From a virus (Duplodnaviria; Caudoviricetes): a DNA stretch of 39,202 nucleotides. The translations under genes were made by a program, and so were the position numbers. Location: positions 1-39,202 of IMG/VR virus record IMGVR_UViG_3300032321_000191. One strand, 5' to 3'. The notes below the pieces were generated by a model, which saw nothing but the letters and a program-made list of their open reading frames with translations, had not been told where the DNA came from and made no database searches. Shown here in pieces: positions 18,034-27,314 of this stretch (position 1 is the first letter of the stretch; each line of letters starts with the position of its first letter).

Positions 18034-19190
18034 GCTGGAAGATACTTCTCGGCTTTAATTTGTTTACCTTGCTCTTTGGTCCCTGTCCGAGCCATTCTTA
18101 TCCTGTCCATCATAGCGTGGAGCTTCTTTGCACCTGCTTCAGAAGACCCATTCCCAATATGGGATACTACATCAGCAGGGAGTACAAACTCAGAAGTTGC
18201 AAGGCGGGCTTCTTGTTTGCCCTCGATGTTAGCCTTAATATTATCAGACATTCCATCGCCGGGGCCATTGAGATATTTACCCCCCGCGCTGTATTCAATC
18301 GGGGCCATACCTTGCATACCTAAGCCCTTGATCCCACCACCAGCAGCGGCCTTCACAACTGGGTTCTTAATGTATTGGTTATTGCCTACATACTTTAGTG
18401 CGTTCGGGTCGATCTGACCTTGGAAACCCGTTCGCGCAAGCGGGGCAGAATTACCACTACCTCTATTAGCCGCTGCCGTAATTGCGGCAGTACCTAAACC
18501 ACCCGCGAGTTTCATCAAAGTGCTAGGGTCCATACCAAGCATCTCAGCGGCTTTATTAATCCCCATCGCCTCAGCAAGTTTTGCTATACCGGAAGTAGCA
18601 CCAGAAGCACCAGCGGCAGCGGGCAAAGCACCGCCCATCACTCCTGTAAGCGCAGTGGGAGCGCCAAACGTAGCGCCACCAAAAGCCGGTGTTAAGGCCC
18701 CAGTAGTAGCAAATCCCGGTGCGCCCGCACCAGTCAGGAAACTTCCAAGCCCTGCTCCAGCACCTTCAGCAGCAAGACCAGCCCCAACGCTAGGAACACC
18801 TGCGCTAGCAGCACCGATACCTCCGGCACCAAGGTAAGACGCCAGCAGAGGCAGCGCACCAAAAGAGACTCCGGTTAACGCAGCAAGGCCAACAGGACTT
18901 TTACTAACGTCCCGTACGAAGTCACCAATAAATCCCCGACTTTTGTAAGAGCTTGGTTGGCTGGCAATTTGCGCTTGCCCCTCGGGAGTCTTGTACCACT
19001 CAGCGAGCGCCGCCTCATTTCTAGCCTGAGTGTCCAGCGTCTCTTGAGTCGGAGCATAGTTGGGATTAAGGATCTGACTGTAACCACCGCCCCCGCCCTC
19101 ACCCGGAACGTAGCCCATAAGATACTGTTGTTGTGACTCATTGTCATCAACCCAGCGACCGCCGCCGTCTTCGTTTGGAATAAAAGGCAT
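18030..19190 (-). CDS. Putative internal virion protein
   Basis: Gly/Ala-rich middle; C-terminal GPGDGMSD.I.A....EARLA..EFVLPADVVS..GNGSS.AGA..L..MMDRIR domain. Confidence 0.7.
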   Translation of the reverse strand: MPFIPNEDGGGRWVDDNESQQQYLMGYVPGEGGGGGYSQILNPNYAPTQETLDTQARNEAALAEWYKTPEGQAQIASQPSSYKSRGFIGDFVRDVSKSPVGLAALTGVSFGALPLLASYLGAGGIGAASAGVPSVGAGLAAEGAGAGLGSFLTGAGAPGFATTGALTPAFGGATFGAPTALTGVMGGALPAAAGASGATSGIAKLAEAMGINKAAEMLGMDPSTLMKLAGGLGTAAITAAANRGSGNSAPLARTGFQGQIDPNALKYVGNNQYIKNPVVKAAAGGGIKGLGMQGMAPIEYSAGGKYLNGPGDGMSDNIKANIEGKQEARLATSEFVLPADVVSHIGNGSSEAGAKKLHAMMDRIRMARTGTKEQGKQIKAEKYLPA

Positions 19191-19199
19191 TTTTAACCT

Positions 19200-19703
19200 C
19201 TACTGAACAACGTAAACTTGGTGACCGTAAAAAGGATCGTAAAACAGATCCCCCGTTAATGCCGAAGCGGTCACCGTTGAATGTAATGGGTAAGACTGGG
19301 ATGTACCGGCAATAAAAACAACGCCTGTAAGGTCGCCCGCACCCGTAGCAACGGTCTTACCCGTATAAGTAAACTTACGATACTTTCTGTTTGTCCCGGT
19401 GGCTTCTTTAATCATCCCATAGCCGCCGGTAGCGTTAAACCCGGTTACGTCATCCACAGAAATATGAGTCGCGCTGGCGGTTGTATTACCTGAACTGTTG
19501 GTCGAAAACACTAAACCTATGGTTCTCGCGCCGGTCTGCGGGTCAAACCTTGCTACATTAATTGTAGTAGCCTGCACAGGGCCGGGGTTTTGCAACTGCA
19601 CAAAATAAGCGTTGAGCGCCCGCACCAACTGATTAAAGTATTCAGGTAGGTAGTCATTAGGCGGCGTGGGTAGACGCGGGGCCGGAATATTAGAAGAACT
19701 CAC
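19200..19703 (-). CDS. Structural protein following the tail stabilisation gene
   Basis: APRLP.PP..Y...YFNQL.R.L..YF.QL.NPG motif; GTGA overlap with the upstream gene. Confidence 0.7.
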   Translation of the reverse strand: MSSSNIPAPRLPTPPNDYLPEYFNQLVRALNAYFVQLQNPGPVQATTINVARFDPQTGARTIGLVFSTNSSGNTTASATHISVDDVTGFNATGGYGMIKEATGTNRKYRKFTYTGKTVATGAGDLTGVVFIAGTSQSYPLHSTVTASALTGDLFYDPFYGHQVYVVQ

Positions 19704-21625
19704 GTTTTACGCCCGTCGGGTCTGATATCAATCCGGGTAGCGCCAAGCTGCCACCACGTACCAAGCGCATCGCTCTCAATCCTGAACGCCAACTGCCTGC
19801 CGCGAACCCGAACATAGACCTGTGTGGTGTACTGCTCTACAGGGTATTGATAAGAACGAATCACAGACTGCGGCGGCTCAGCACTGTAGTTTTCACCCGG
19901 AAAAGCTTTGGGCTTTAGCACAATCGTTGCTGCTGGATTGATAGAAGTCGAATTGCTAAACGTAACGTCAGGGATCATTCGGCGAATAAACCCGAACCTG
20001 TCCCCGTCTTCAATATCAAAGTCAGCAGACTCAATATAAGCGTTGATCCCCGTGGCAGTGGCAGTGCTGCCGTCATCGTTACCGTTTTCATGAAACAGGA
20101 TCGCGTTATCTTTAATGCCCATCGGGAACGGACGGATGCCACTATCCAACCAAGCCGTGCGCTGCATCGAACCGTAGTACCAGACCTTATCTAGGTGATT
20201 AAACACCACATACCGATCATTGATGTTCGACTGCGACGACGGATAGAACCACCAGATTTCTGCAAAACCTTCGTTAGTGCCACACACAACTTGGTCAAGC
20301 TGCTGACGATTTATGTCTCCGAATACATAACCACGAACTGAGCAAGGTAGCGTCTCTACCCGACCAGAGTACATATAGAACTTGTCCGCGCCCATCCAGT
20401 ACATGATGTTGTTGACGGGTGTGGCACTTTGTGGGGATGCAATCGAAATATTATCTGCCAGCATCGATAGATTCCACACATATGGAGCGCCAGTATACTG
20501 CATCGAATAAACAGACGAATCGGTCCAAACAACAATTTCTTGTTTTGTAGAAGCCGCAGTAATAATCTTTGTACCGGAGGACAACCTTACACCACCAGCC
20601 TGATTAGTGATTGTTGGCGTCCATTGAAAGATGTTGTCCTGATCTGACCAGCGAATCTGCATCGGATCATATGAAGCAGACCCATAAGCGTTTGTGCCGA
20701 ACACCAAGCCAATACGGTGAACCTCAGATACCAGAATCTTGTTGTTGGTGAGCGGAACATCAGCACCGGTAAAGCCCGCAGCGGTTGAAGCAGCAGAAAG
20801 CAGTATCCCTCTAGTGGAATAATTTGCCGGAAGGTTACTAGCATCCCAGTAATAAATACTGCCGCCACGCGGACCATAAAGCAGGTTCTGCCCGTAGTTA
20901 TGATGGTTCCAGATCCGCAAGGGGATAGCCAAACTTACGTTAGAGATCGCAGTGCCCCAGCCGGTATTAGACGGCGCACCGGACGCATAAAATCCACCCC
21001 AAGTACCAGCGCCCCAGCCTGAGTTACTTGTAGACGCAGTAGCAGACCCGACCGGCTGTTGATAAGCCGCGACAACTGCCGCGCCGCCCCCCGTAGTTCC
21101 GCTAGTAGCATTAACGCTAAGCGTTATGACGTAATTGTTTGCATCCGTAATCGAAGTGATCGCAAACTGAGTATTCAGATTTACCGCAGGAATACCGGCA
21201 AACGTCGTAGCCCCAGAGAACGTAACGTAATCCCCCGCAACCGCGCCATGCGCAGTATGCGCAACAGTTACCGTAGATAGGCCATTTAATGACGTAAAGG
21301 GGTTGTTCCCCAGCGTTAGCGACAACCGGATCGGCGTGATGTCGTAATAAGTACCGTCGTTCTCGACGTAATACTTGATGTTAGTGCCTATACCCGTATT
21401 AATAAAACCGGCAATCGTTCCCCAGCAGACCATCGACCGGGCGGTGCCAAGGCTAAACGTATTAACTGTACCGTCTGAAGCCCTTACCCGCGTCCAGCCG
21501 CCGATCTTTTCCGGATAGCCCGAACGAAAGCGCACCTTGTCGCAGGTGTACCAAGTGCCTTCAGCCGCGTAGCTCGTAGACTCGCGGTTTACTCCGGGCG
21601 TAAATTGGATCTTTTTAAGGGGCAT
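19700..21625 (-). CDS. Tail stabilisation / nozzle protein (P22 gp10 or tail tubular B-like)
   Basis: PG.NRE.T.Y..EG.W...DKVRFR.G.PEKIGGW, IRWSDQ, EIWWFYPS, RTAW.D, C-terminal WQLG..R.DIRPDGR. Start MPLKK at 21625. Confidence 0.8.
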   Translation of the reverse strand: MPLKKIQFTPGVNRESTSYAAEGTWYTCDKVRFRSGYPEKIGGWTRVRASDGTVNTFSLGTARSMVCWGTIAGFINTGIGTNIKYYVENDGTYYDITPIRLSLTLGNNPFTSLNGLSTVTVAHTAHGAVAGDYVTFSGATTFAGIPAVNLNTQFAITSITDANNYVITLSVNATSGTTGGGAAVVAAYQQPVGSATASTSNSGWGAGTWGGFYASGAPSNTGWGTAISNVSLAIPLRIWNHHNYGQNLLYGPRGGSIYYWDASNLPANYSTRGILLSAASTAAGFTGADVPLTNNKILVSEVHRIGLVFGTNAYGSASYDPMQIRWSDQDNIFQWTPTITNQAGGVRLSSGTKIITAASTKQEIVVWTDSSVYSMQYTGAPYVWNLSMLADNISIASPQSATPVNNIMYWMGADKFYMYSGRVETLPCSVRGYVFGDINRQQLDQVVCGTNEGFAEIWWFYPSSQSNINDRYVVFNHLDKVWYYGSMQRTAWLDSGIRPFPMGIKDNAILFHENGNDDGSTATATGINAYIESADFDIEDGDRFGFIRRMIPDVTFSNSTSINPAATIVLKPKAFPGENYSAEPPQSVIRSYQYPVEQYTTQVYVRVRGRQLAFRIESDALGTWWQLGATRIDIRPDGRKT

Positions 21626-21631
21626 GACAAG

Positions 21632-21660
21632 ATTATAACTATAGTGTGACCGCTTTGCCA
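21632..21660 (-). promoter_or_regulatory. Possible sigma70 promoter giving a leaderless transcript
   Basis: TGGCAA-17 nt-TATAAT; the -10 (21637-21632) ends 6 nt before ATG 21625; no SD. Confidence 0.4.
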
Positions 21661-22613
21661 CGGAAGAAAACTAGCTCCTTATCCTCACTGATCACGGTAC
21701 AAAACTCGGGCGGCATGAGAATCCCGTCTTTGAAAGTGATCACAGCAAAACCGCTGCGCCAATCAGAAGGAGTGCCCTGACGATAATCAAATTGCGGACC
21801 ATCCACCGCAGCCAAAGTCCCAACGTCAACGCCGTAAATCGTGTTTGTCCCAGCATTGACTTTTGAAAGCGTGGTTCTGGGTCTGTACTGTTGTGAATGA
21901 AGATGTCCGCTGATTGTGCTTATGTGCGCCATCTGCACGTTGTTGTACTGGGCGTGAATTCCGTAACGCATCCCATGGATCAACAGGGTGTGGTCGTTGA
22001 TAATCACCCGAAGATAGATTGGCTCTTCAACGTGGTCACGAAGCCGGGTGCCGCGAATGCCTTTCGCCTCGCTGGCGTTCATCGCAAAGTACTTGTCAAA
22101 CCTAGCCGCATGGTTTGAGTGAATCATTGCGTGGCTGGCTCCTTTCGATACCTCCTTGATCTTCCTTTTTGCCATCAGCATCGCCTCAAGCTCGACGGCG
22201 AGTTTTGGCATGTCAGTCCAACCGGTCGGCGGGTGCCTACTGACGCTGGCCGCATCAAGGCTATCCCCCAGATCCCAGACCCAGTTTGGCCTGATCTCAG
22301 GCAGAAGTTTAAGCAGCGCCCGGTTAGCACAGGAATCAAGCCCCGGCCAGAAGTGAGCGTCCGAGTACATTACCATCACTGAATCTTTTACCGTGAGTTC
22401 CAGTGAGTCATATTCGGGTTGGTACTGCGCCCGTTTATGGGTTGTCTTCCCTTCTACTTTAAAGTTTTCCCCGGTGTCTGCTTCAATCCTTGCTAACCTT
22501 CGGTATACCCATCTTTCCGTTACATTAAGTTCTTTTGCAACTTTTACGGGACTCTTTAGTGCCCGCATGGTATCCGCAATAATATTATCTGGAATAGTGG
22601 GTTTATTAGACAT
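21639..22613 (-). CDS. Calcineurin-like metallophosphoesterase with N-terminal HTH
   Basis: SDAH, LGDSLD, SNH, HG, SGHLH motifs; VAKELNVTERWVYRRL HTH. ATG overlaps the GNAT stop. Confidence 0.88.
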   Translation of the reverse strand: MSNKPTIPDNIIADTMRALKSPVKVAKELNVTERWVYRRLARIEADTGENFKVEGKTTHKRAQYQPEYDSLELTVKDSVMVMYSDAHFWPGLDSCANRALLKLLPEIRPNWVWDLGDSLDAASVSRHPPTGWTDMPKLAVELEAMLMAKRKIKEVSKGASHAMIHSNHAARFDKYFAMNASEAKGIRGTRLRDHVEEPIYLRVIINDHTLLIHGMRYGIHAQYNNVQMAHISTISGHLHSQQYRPRTTLSKVNAGTNTIYGVDVGTLAAVDGPQFDYRQGTPSDWRSGFAVITFKDGILMPPEFCTVISEDKELVFFRGKAVTL

Positions 22614-23038
22614 TACAGTTTTCTGATCCAATAAATACTGTGAGGCAAGCCCCACGGAGCCTTAGGCCAGTAAGGTCTGAACCCAGCTTTTATCAAGCTT
22701 CTGGCAGAGGCGGGATTTTCGGTTGTGCAATCAGTGATTGCGTGGGAGTTGCCGAGCGCACGGGCTTTAGCGAGTCGCGCCTTTATCAGGCGTTTTTGAA
22801 TACCTTGCCCACGATAAGCGGGAAGAACACCCGCACGACAAAGGTAGATAGTCTGTTGCCACCGATCTGAAGGGCGCATCCCTGCGAACCCAACTGCCTT
22901 ACCATCTTCATCTATCGCCAGCCACCACCAGCTTCCTGCTTTGGGTATTTCTGGTTCGTCACCGGGCAGGCACTCTAACTGAAGATCAATCAGCGTCTTA
23001 AACGCACTATCAACTGGGATAATGCGTATCGGGTTCAT
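22613..23038 (-). CDS. GNAT-family acetyltransferase
   Basis: VGFAG, YLCRAGVLPAYRGQGIQKRLI acetyl-CoA motif, N.AS..SL.KAGF. Confidence 0.9.
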   Translation of the reverse strand: MNPIRIIPVDSAFKTLIDLQLECLPGDEPEIPKAGSWWWLAIDEDGKAVGFAGMRPSDRWQQTIYLCRAGVLPAYRGQGIQKRLIKARLAKARALGNSHAITDCTTENPASARSLIKAGFRPYWPKAPWGLPHSIYWIRKL

Positions 23039-23041
23039 GTC

Positions 23042-24097
23042 TTATTGCGGCTTTTGAGTTGGCTCTGAACCAAGCCCACGGGACTTGGAAGTCGTATACG
23101 AAGAGCCGAGCCAGAATCCAATGCAGCCACCAAGCACTCCTGTTACTACCGCCGAAGCAATTGCAGCACGAACTTCCGAACTAAACGAAGTAGCGTCACC
23201 TGTCAATACAAGATACACGGTGCCATACAAAAGCGGCATCAACATTACAGTGACCCAGAATGCAGGCATCTTCCAGAAGTCAGCACCACCAGAAGCGGCT
23301 TTAAGCGAATACTCACGCGCACCCGCGATGCCACCACCGCCCGATTCAACAAGCTCAAACCAAGAAGCCGACACTGCTGCATTAGCAGCCTGCAAAGCCT
23401 CGGGGTTGGTTTGCATTGTCTCAACGGCTTGCTGAAGATTGGTTGAGTTTGTAGCATCAACGATTAGTTCGCCAACCTTTTGAGCAACAACAAGATTGCG
23501 GTCAGTAACCGAAGTCCCGTCCGTGAAAACTTTTGTAAGACTGGGGATCATCCCAATGATCGTAGGGAGAAGTGCGGTAAGGACGGGGAGCATGGGTTTA
23601 TCCTCAATAACTTGTGGTTCTGAAATAAGTTTCACAGCCTTGGGTTTTGTAGGGCTAAGGAAAAGATCCCGCTCAGAAGCGCGGCGGTTAATAAGACCTT
23701 GCGAAACCTTGCCGTCCGCTAGATTCCAGCGTTTGAACTGACCGGCAGCGCCAGCATAATCTCCGGCATTAAGGAGCCGAAGAAGCGTGGAAGTAAGCAG
23801 GCCGTCCTTACCCTCGCCCACATTGTAGGCAAACGATACTAAGGCGTCGAATTGGTTCTGTGTTACCGGCACACGAATCATGCTGAACACTTTTGCTTCA
23901 AACGCTGCTATGTCATGCGCGAAGTATTCTTCAGCCTGCTGAACGGTACAGGTATCACCCGGCCTGACTCTGCGCCCGTTCGGATAGACGGTAGTGCCCC
24001 AACCGATAGTCCACCGCTTGCCGGTGCATAGATAAGCGCGAAGGCGCAAACCCTCCCAACGCTTAATGATTGCTATACCGGCGGCGCTTGTTTTCAT
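23042..24097 (-). CDS. GH24 lysozyme endolysin fused to a holin-like membrane domain
   Basis: E-X8-C-X5-T triad (EGLRLRAYLCTGKRWT), QFDALVSFAYNVG, GL.NRR..ER.LF; C-terminal half with hydrophobic segments and GFWLGSS. Confidence 0.9.
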   Translation of the reverse strand: MKTSAAGIAIIKRWEGLRLRAYLCTGKRWTIGWGTTVYPNGRRVRPGDTCTVQQAEEYFAHDIAAFEAKVFSMIRVPVTQNQFDALVSFAYNVGEGKDGLLTSTLLRLLNAGDYAGAAGQFKRWNLADGKVSQGLINRRASERDLFLSPTKPKAVKLISEPQVIEDKPMLPVLTALLPTIIGMIPSLTKVFTDGTSVTDRNLVVAQKVGELIVDATNSTNLQQAVETMQTNPEALQAANAAVSASWFELVESGGGGIAGAREYSLKAASGGADFWKMPAFWVTVMLMPLLYGTVYLVLTGDATSFSSEVRAAIASAVVTGVLGGCIGFWLGSSYTTSKSRGLGSEPTQKPQ

Positions 24098-24106
24098 CTT
24101 AAACCG

Positions 24107-24916
24107 TTACATGATCCTGATTGCGGACCAATAAATCGTAGTTGTGACTCCGCTGTTTTGCGTACCCTGAATACTTAGCCCGCTATTGCTAATTGTCAAA
24201 AGTGCACCGGCGACATTAGACAGAATTCTTACGGAGTTATTTTGTGTAGATACTACCGCAAACGCTGAATAATTAGGCGTATCGGCGGCATCTAGCTGTA
24301 CCGAAACCAACCAAGTGGACACACTCACACTGGGGATTGTAAAAAGAGTCACTGCCGTCCCAGCTAAAGCACCAGCGGTCGAACCATTAACAGTCGAAAA
24401 GATTCCACCAACGGTTTTCTTGATGTTGCTCACGGAGCCGGATGTAGTTGTAGTACCAAACAGCGCATCCCCCGATACGTCCATCGAACCCGCAATTGTT
24501 AGATCCCCAATCCTACGAATCCCCTCAACAACATTAGTTCCATCGCAGAACACAAGCGAAGTAAAACCATTTCCGATAGTTACGCCCGTGCCCGCAGATG
24601 TTTTGAGGATGATGCTCTGTCCGCCGGTCGTGGCGTTCTTGACAACATAAAGCTTAGATACAGCGGGGCAGATCACGTTCCGAGTGGCAGTCAGCGCACC
24701 GGAAATATTCAGAATCATGTTCCGCGCTTCATCCGCAGTACCGTTAGCGGTCGTCAGCGTATAGTCAGCATCAGTCATCGAAACCGCAGCACGGCCAGCA
24801 ATCGCAGCTTCAATTAGCGTACCGAGATTTGTGTTAGTCGTCGTGCCCCACGTACCGGACTGATCGCCCGATCCCATAAGCTCAAGGCGCAGCCTAGTTG
24901 AATATGTTGAAGCCAT
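24107..24916 (-). CDS. Tail fibre-like structural protein
   Basis: MASTYS..LRLEL...G.QSGTWG.TTNTNL..LIE.AIAG N-terminal anchor; Thr/Ser/Gly-rich; variable C-terminal beta domain. Confidence 0.75.
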   Translation of the reverse strand: MASTYSTRLRLELMGSGDQSGTWGTTTNTNLGTLIEAAIAGRAAVSMTDADYTLTTANGTADEARNMILNISGALTATRNVICPAVSKLYVVKNATTGGQSIILKTSAGTGVTIGNGFTSLVFCDGTNVVEGIRRIGDLTIAGSMDVSGDALFGTTTTSGSVSNIKKTVGGIFSTVNGSTAGALAGTAVTLFTIPSVSVSTWLVSVQLDAADTPNYSAFAVVSTQNNSVRILSNVAGALLTISNSGLSIQGTQNSGVTTTIYWSAIRIM

Positions 24917-25359
24917 TAGAGTCCCCGCAGGAGTGCGCTGCTAGCATTAGGCGCTGGCATCTGGAAAGTAACATCGCCGCTGTTTATCACACGGTCAGAG
25001 TCGAAGATGAATACAGCCACTGCACGGTTAGCTTTAGATGAATTGTAAATAAGAGCTTGACGATAGGTTATTGCTACGGAATAAATTGTAGGATTAGCAA
25101 ACGTAGAAACTACTACTTTTACGCCTGTTACTGGGTCAATAACTAGAACCGGGGTCACACTAGTCAGCACCACACCGCCAGCAGTGTACCCAGTACCTGA
25201 AGATTCGTTCGTCGTGGAATAAGCAGTCGTGTTTGCGGATAGTGACGCAGCCGAAGTGTAGAGGGCCAGTTTAAAAACGTCGCCAGTACCCGCTGTAAAG
25301 TCATGGATAGCCTTATAAAGTTCTAAGCTGAAAGAATTACATTGAATTTGTGAGGCCAT
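24916..25359 (-). CDS. Virion structural protein
   Basis: CNSF..EL....HDF, FKLALYTS.A.L...TTAYS..NE.SGTGYTAGG, ALIYN.S. Confidence 0.8.
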   Translation of the reverse strand: MASQIQCNSFSLELYKAIHDFTAGTGDVFKLALYTSAASLSANTTAYSTTNESSGTGYTAGGVVLTSVTPVLVIDPVTGVKVVVSTFANPTIYSVAITYRQALIYNSSKANRAVAVFIFDSDRVINSGDVTFQMPAPNASSALLRGL

Positions 25360-25988
25360 TATTTCACCGGGTAACGGACTTGACCACCGCGATAAGAGTC
25401 TTGACGATTCCTACCATCAACAAGATTTTTCAGCAAATCGAGGGCTTCTTTGAATTTAGTGTCGTAAAGCTGGATAAGTTCCGTTTCGCCTTTCATAAAC
25501 GTATAGGCTTCCACGAGTGATCCGTACAACAGAACAGATGAGAAGTTATCTCCAAGCCAGCTAGTACCCGCCGTAGTGATCGAGTTCGGGTAGCCGAAGT
25601 ACGTGAAAGATACCGGGTAAGTAGCGTTTGGGGTAGGCGCTAGCGTAATTTGATAATCGCCGCTAAGTGCGTAGTTGACCGGCACACCCGTAGCAGAGGG
25701 GTTAGGAAACGCTTCCCGCAAAAAGCTATAGTCTTTATTCAATAGCTGCGTTTGGTTACCACTACCGTCGATAATAGCCACTGAAAAAATGGCTAGGTAA
25801 TCACTAGGCAGTGTTACTACCGGTGCCCCGGACGTTGCAGTCAGTGTGGTGATTTGCCACGATGCCGGAAGCTGAACAAAATTAAGAACCCGCTGCTCAG
25901 TCTGCGTGATGAACGTATTAATGTCCGACGTGGCAAACGCATTCTCCGTGTAGGAGGTAATCTCAGCAACGAGTTCTGAATAGTTCAT
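25359..25988 (-). CDS. Head-tail adaptor / tail tubular protein A-like
   Basis: MNYSEL...I..YTEN, FI...EQR, LP.DYL, APTP, LLYGSLVEAY.FMKGE, D.YR.G. Confidence 0.8.
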   Translation of the reverse strand: MNYSELVAEITSYTENAFATSDINTFITQTEQRVLNFVQLPASWQITTLTATSGAPVVTLPSDYLAIFSVAIIDGSGNQTQLLNKDYSFLREAFPNPSATGVPVNYALSGDYQITLAPTPNATYPVSFTYFGYPNSITTAGTSWLGDNFSSVLLYGSLVEAYTFMKGETELIQLYDTKFKEALDLLKNLVDGRNRQDSYRGGQVRYPVK

Positions 25989-25990
25989 GC

Positions 25991-26191
25991 TTACTTAGGA
26001 ACCGTATTGTTCAGAAACATCAGACCCTTGGTAGCCGCACCGGTCCCACGAGCTTTCATGTGCTTGTTATTAGGCGTACCAGCCGGGTACTTACCCTTGA
26101 CCCAGATGCCGTCTTTATCGATGTCCGTCTGAGGATAACCGGCGCTGGGGGCGTTAACGTCCGGGCCTTTCTTGGTCATGGTCGATTTCAT
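25991..26191 (-). CDS. Small basic virion-module protein
   Basis: MKARGTGAATKG motif; ATGA overlap with the upstream gene. Confidence 0.75.
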   Translation of the reverse strand: MKSTMTKKGPDVNAPSAGYPQTDIDKDGIWVKGKYPAGTPNNKHMKARGTGAATKGLMFLNNTVPK

Positions 26192-26352
26192 TTCGATCCC
26201 TTCTGGTTTGCAACGCGGGCCATATTCTTACCCATCGTCTTACGGTCCATCGAGGTCGGGCCACCGGCTTTCATCTTCTTGACGTTGCTGTCCGGATGAG
26301 CCGACTTCATGCCTTTAGCCATGTGGGCCTTGAGTGCGCTTTTCGTATCCAT
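26188..26352 (-). CDS. Small basic Lys/Met-rich protein
   Basis: SD AAGGTG; KKMKAGGPTS.D....G.N.AR..NQ. Confidence 0.75.
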   Translation of the reverse strand: MDTKSALKAHMAKGMKSAHPDSNVKKMKAGGPTSMDRKTMGKNMARVANQKGSK

Positions 26353-26362
26353 TTGAATCACC

Positions 26363-26839
26363 TTAAAAATATTTGCTGGCGAACATACCGCCGCTAAACA
26401 TACCACCGGAGAAATAACCAACGCCTACTGAAGGCGGGGGGACGTAAGAAGAAGACGTATTAAAAAACCCGCCCTTGAATAACCCGCCTGCAAAAAGACC
26501 GCCAGAAAAATACGAAATAGATGTAGACGTTGGAGAAATATCATTTAAAACACCAACTGAGAACGCTATTCCTGCACCGACATATAGTGGTTCAATATAG
26601 CTACGGCTTTCAGGGTAGCTAGTATCAGTCCTTGGATTTCTGACAGCTTGCGGATCGTTAACCGGGAACATTCCGAGTTTTAGCTGCGGGTGATCGGCCT
26701 CAAAACATTCTGGACATACGCGAATATTAACATTCTTTGTCTTAATTACAAGCGTTCTAAGCTTGGATAATTTAAACCGAAAACTACAACGGTCGCATTG
26801 TGCTATGGCATATTTGCCGGAACTGAACTTATTCGGCAT
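26363..26839 (-). CDS. Zn-ribbon virion-module protein with aromatic/Gly C-terminal extension
   Basis: SGKYAIA.CDRC.FRF.L..L, VCPEC...DHPQL, DPQA.RNPR. Confidence 0.8.
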   Translation of the reverse strand: MPNKFSSGKYAIAQCDRCSFRFKLSKLRTLVIKTKNVNIRVCPECFEADHPQLKLGMFPVNDPQAVRNPRTDTSYPESRSYIEPLYVGAGIAFSVGVLNDISPTSTSISYFSGGLFAGGLFKGGFFNTSSSYVPPPSVGVGYFSGGMFSGGMFASKYF

Positions 26840-27311
26840 ATCTGTAGGCTGCTTTTGTTTTAGAGGCTGCTCGGAGGTCTTGTAATGCTAACCTGATTCG
26901 TAACCGTTCTTCCCAAATATGCTTTGGCAATGGATTTCCCCTATTACCGTATTTTTTGCCATCTTCAGAGAGGAAAGGGTATTTAAGCGCCTCATCGATT
27001 TGCGAAGCTTTAACAACACTGAAAGGACGAATAGCTTTTATAAATTCTAGGGCTTTTTCGTTTCTAACAGCCCATGTATATTGAACAGCCCATCGGGTAC
27101 TATTTGGGGAAGTAAACTGATATGTTTTAATTGCCCCACCAAAATGCTTAACAAATATTTCTAAGCAAGGAATGCTAGTTTGTGTGACAGTAGCATGGAG
27201 CGATGTTCTATATCCTGCGGCTGATGCTGGGCTTTTAGATAGTTCAACAACGACGCAACCTTCCCCGTCGAAAAACCCCGAAGCCCAAGCAAGAACAAGA
27301 TCAGATGGCAT
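26829..27311 (-). CDS. Free-standing single-motif LAGLIDADG homing endonuclease
   Basis: LAWASGFFDGEGC, V.QT, FGG.I, FIKAI.PF.VVK..Q. Confidence 0.88.
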   Translation of the reverse strand: MPSDLVLAWASGFFDGEGCVVVELSKSPASAAGYRTSLHATVTQTSIPCLEIFVKHFGGAIKTYQFTSPNSTRWAVQYTWAVRNEKALEFIKAIRPFSVVKASQIDEALKYPFLSEDGKKYGNRGNPLPKHIWEERLRIRLALQDLRAASKTKAAYRYAE

Positions 27312-27314
27312 GAC

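Noticed and set aside
23245-23460. Nested ORF in the lysis gene as a possible Rz1-like spanin
   Set aside because: No signal peptide or lipobox.
26829-27311. LAGLIDADG gene as part of a group I intron or intein
   Set aside because: Both flanking genes look complete, there is no non-coding space for an intron core, and no splicing motifs are present.
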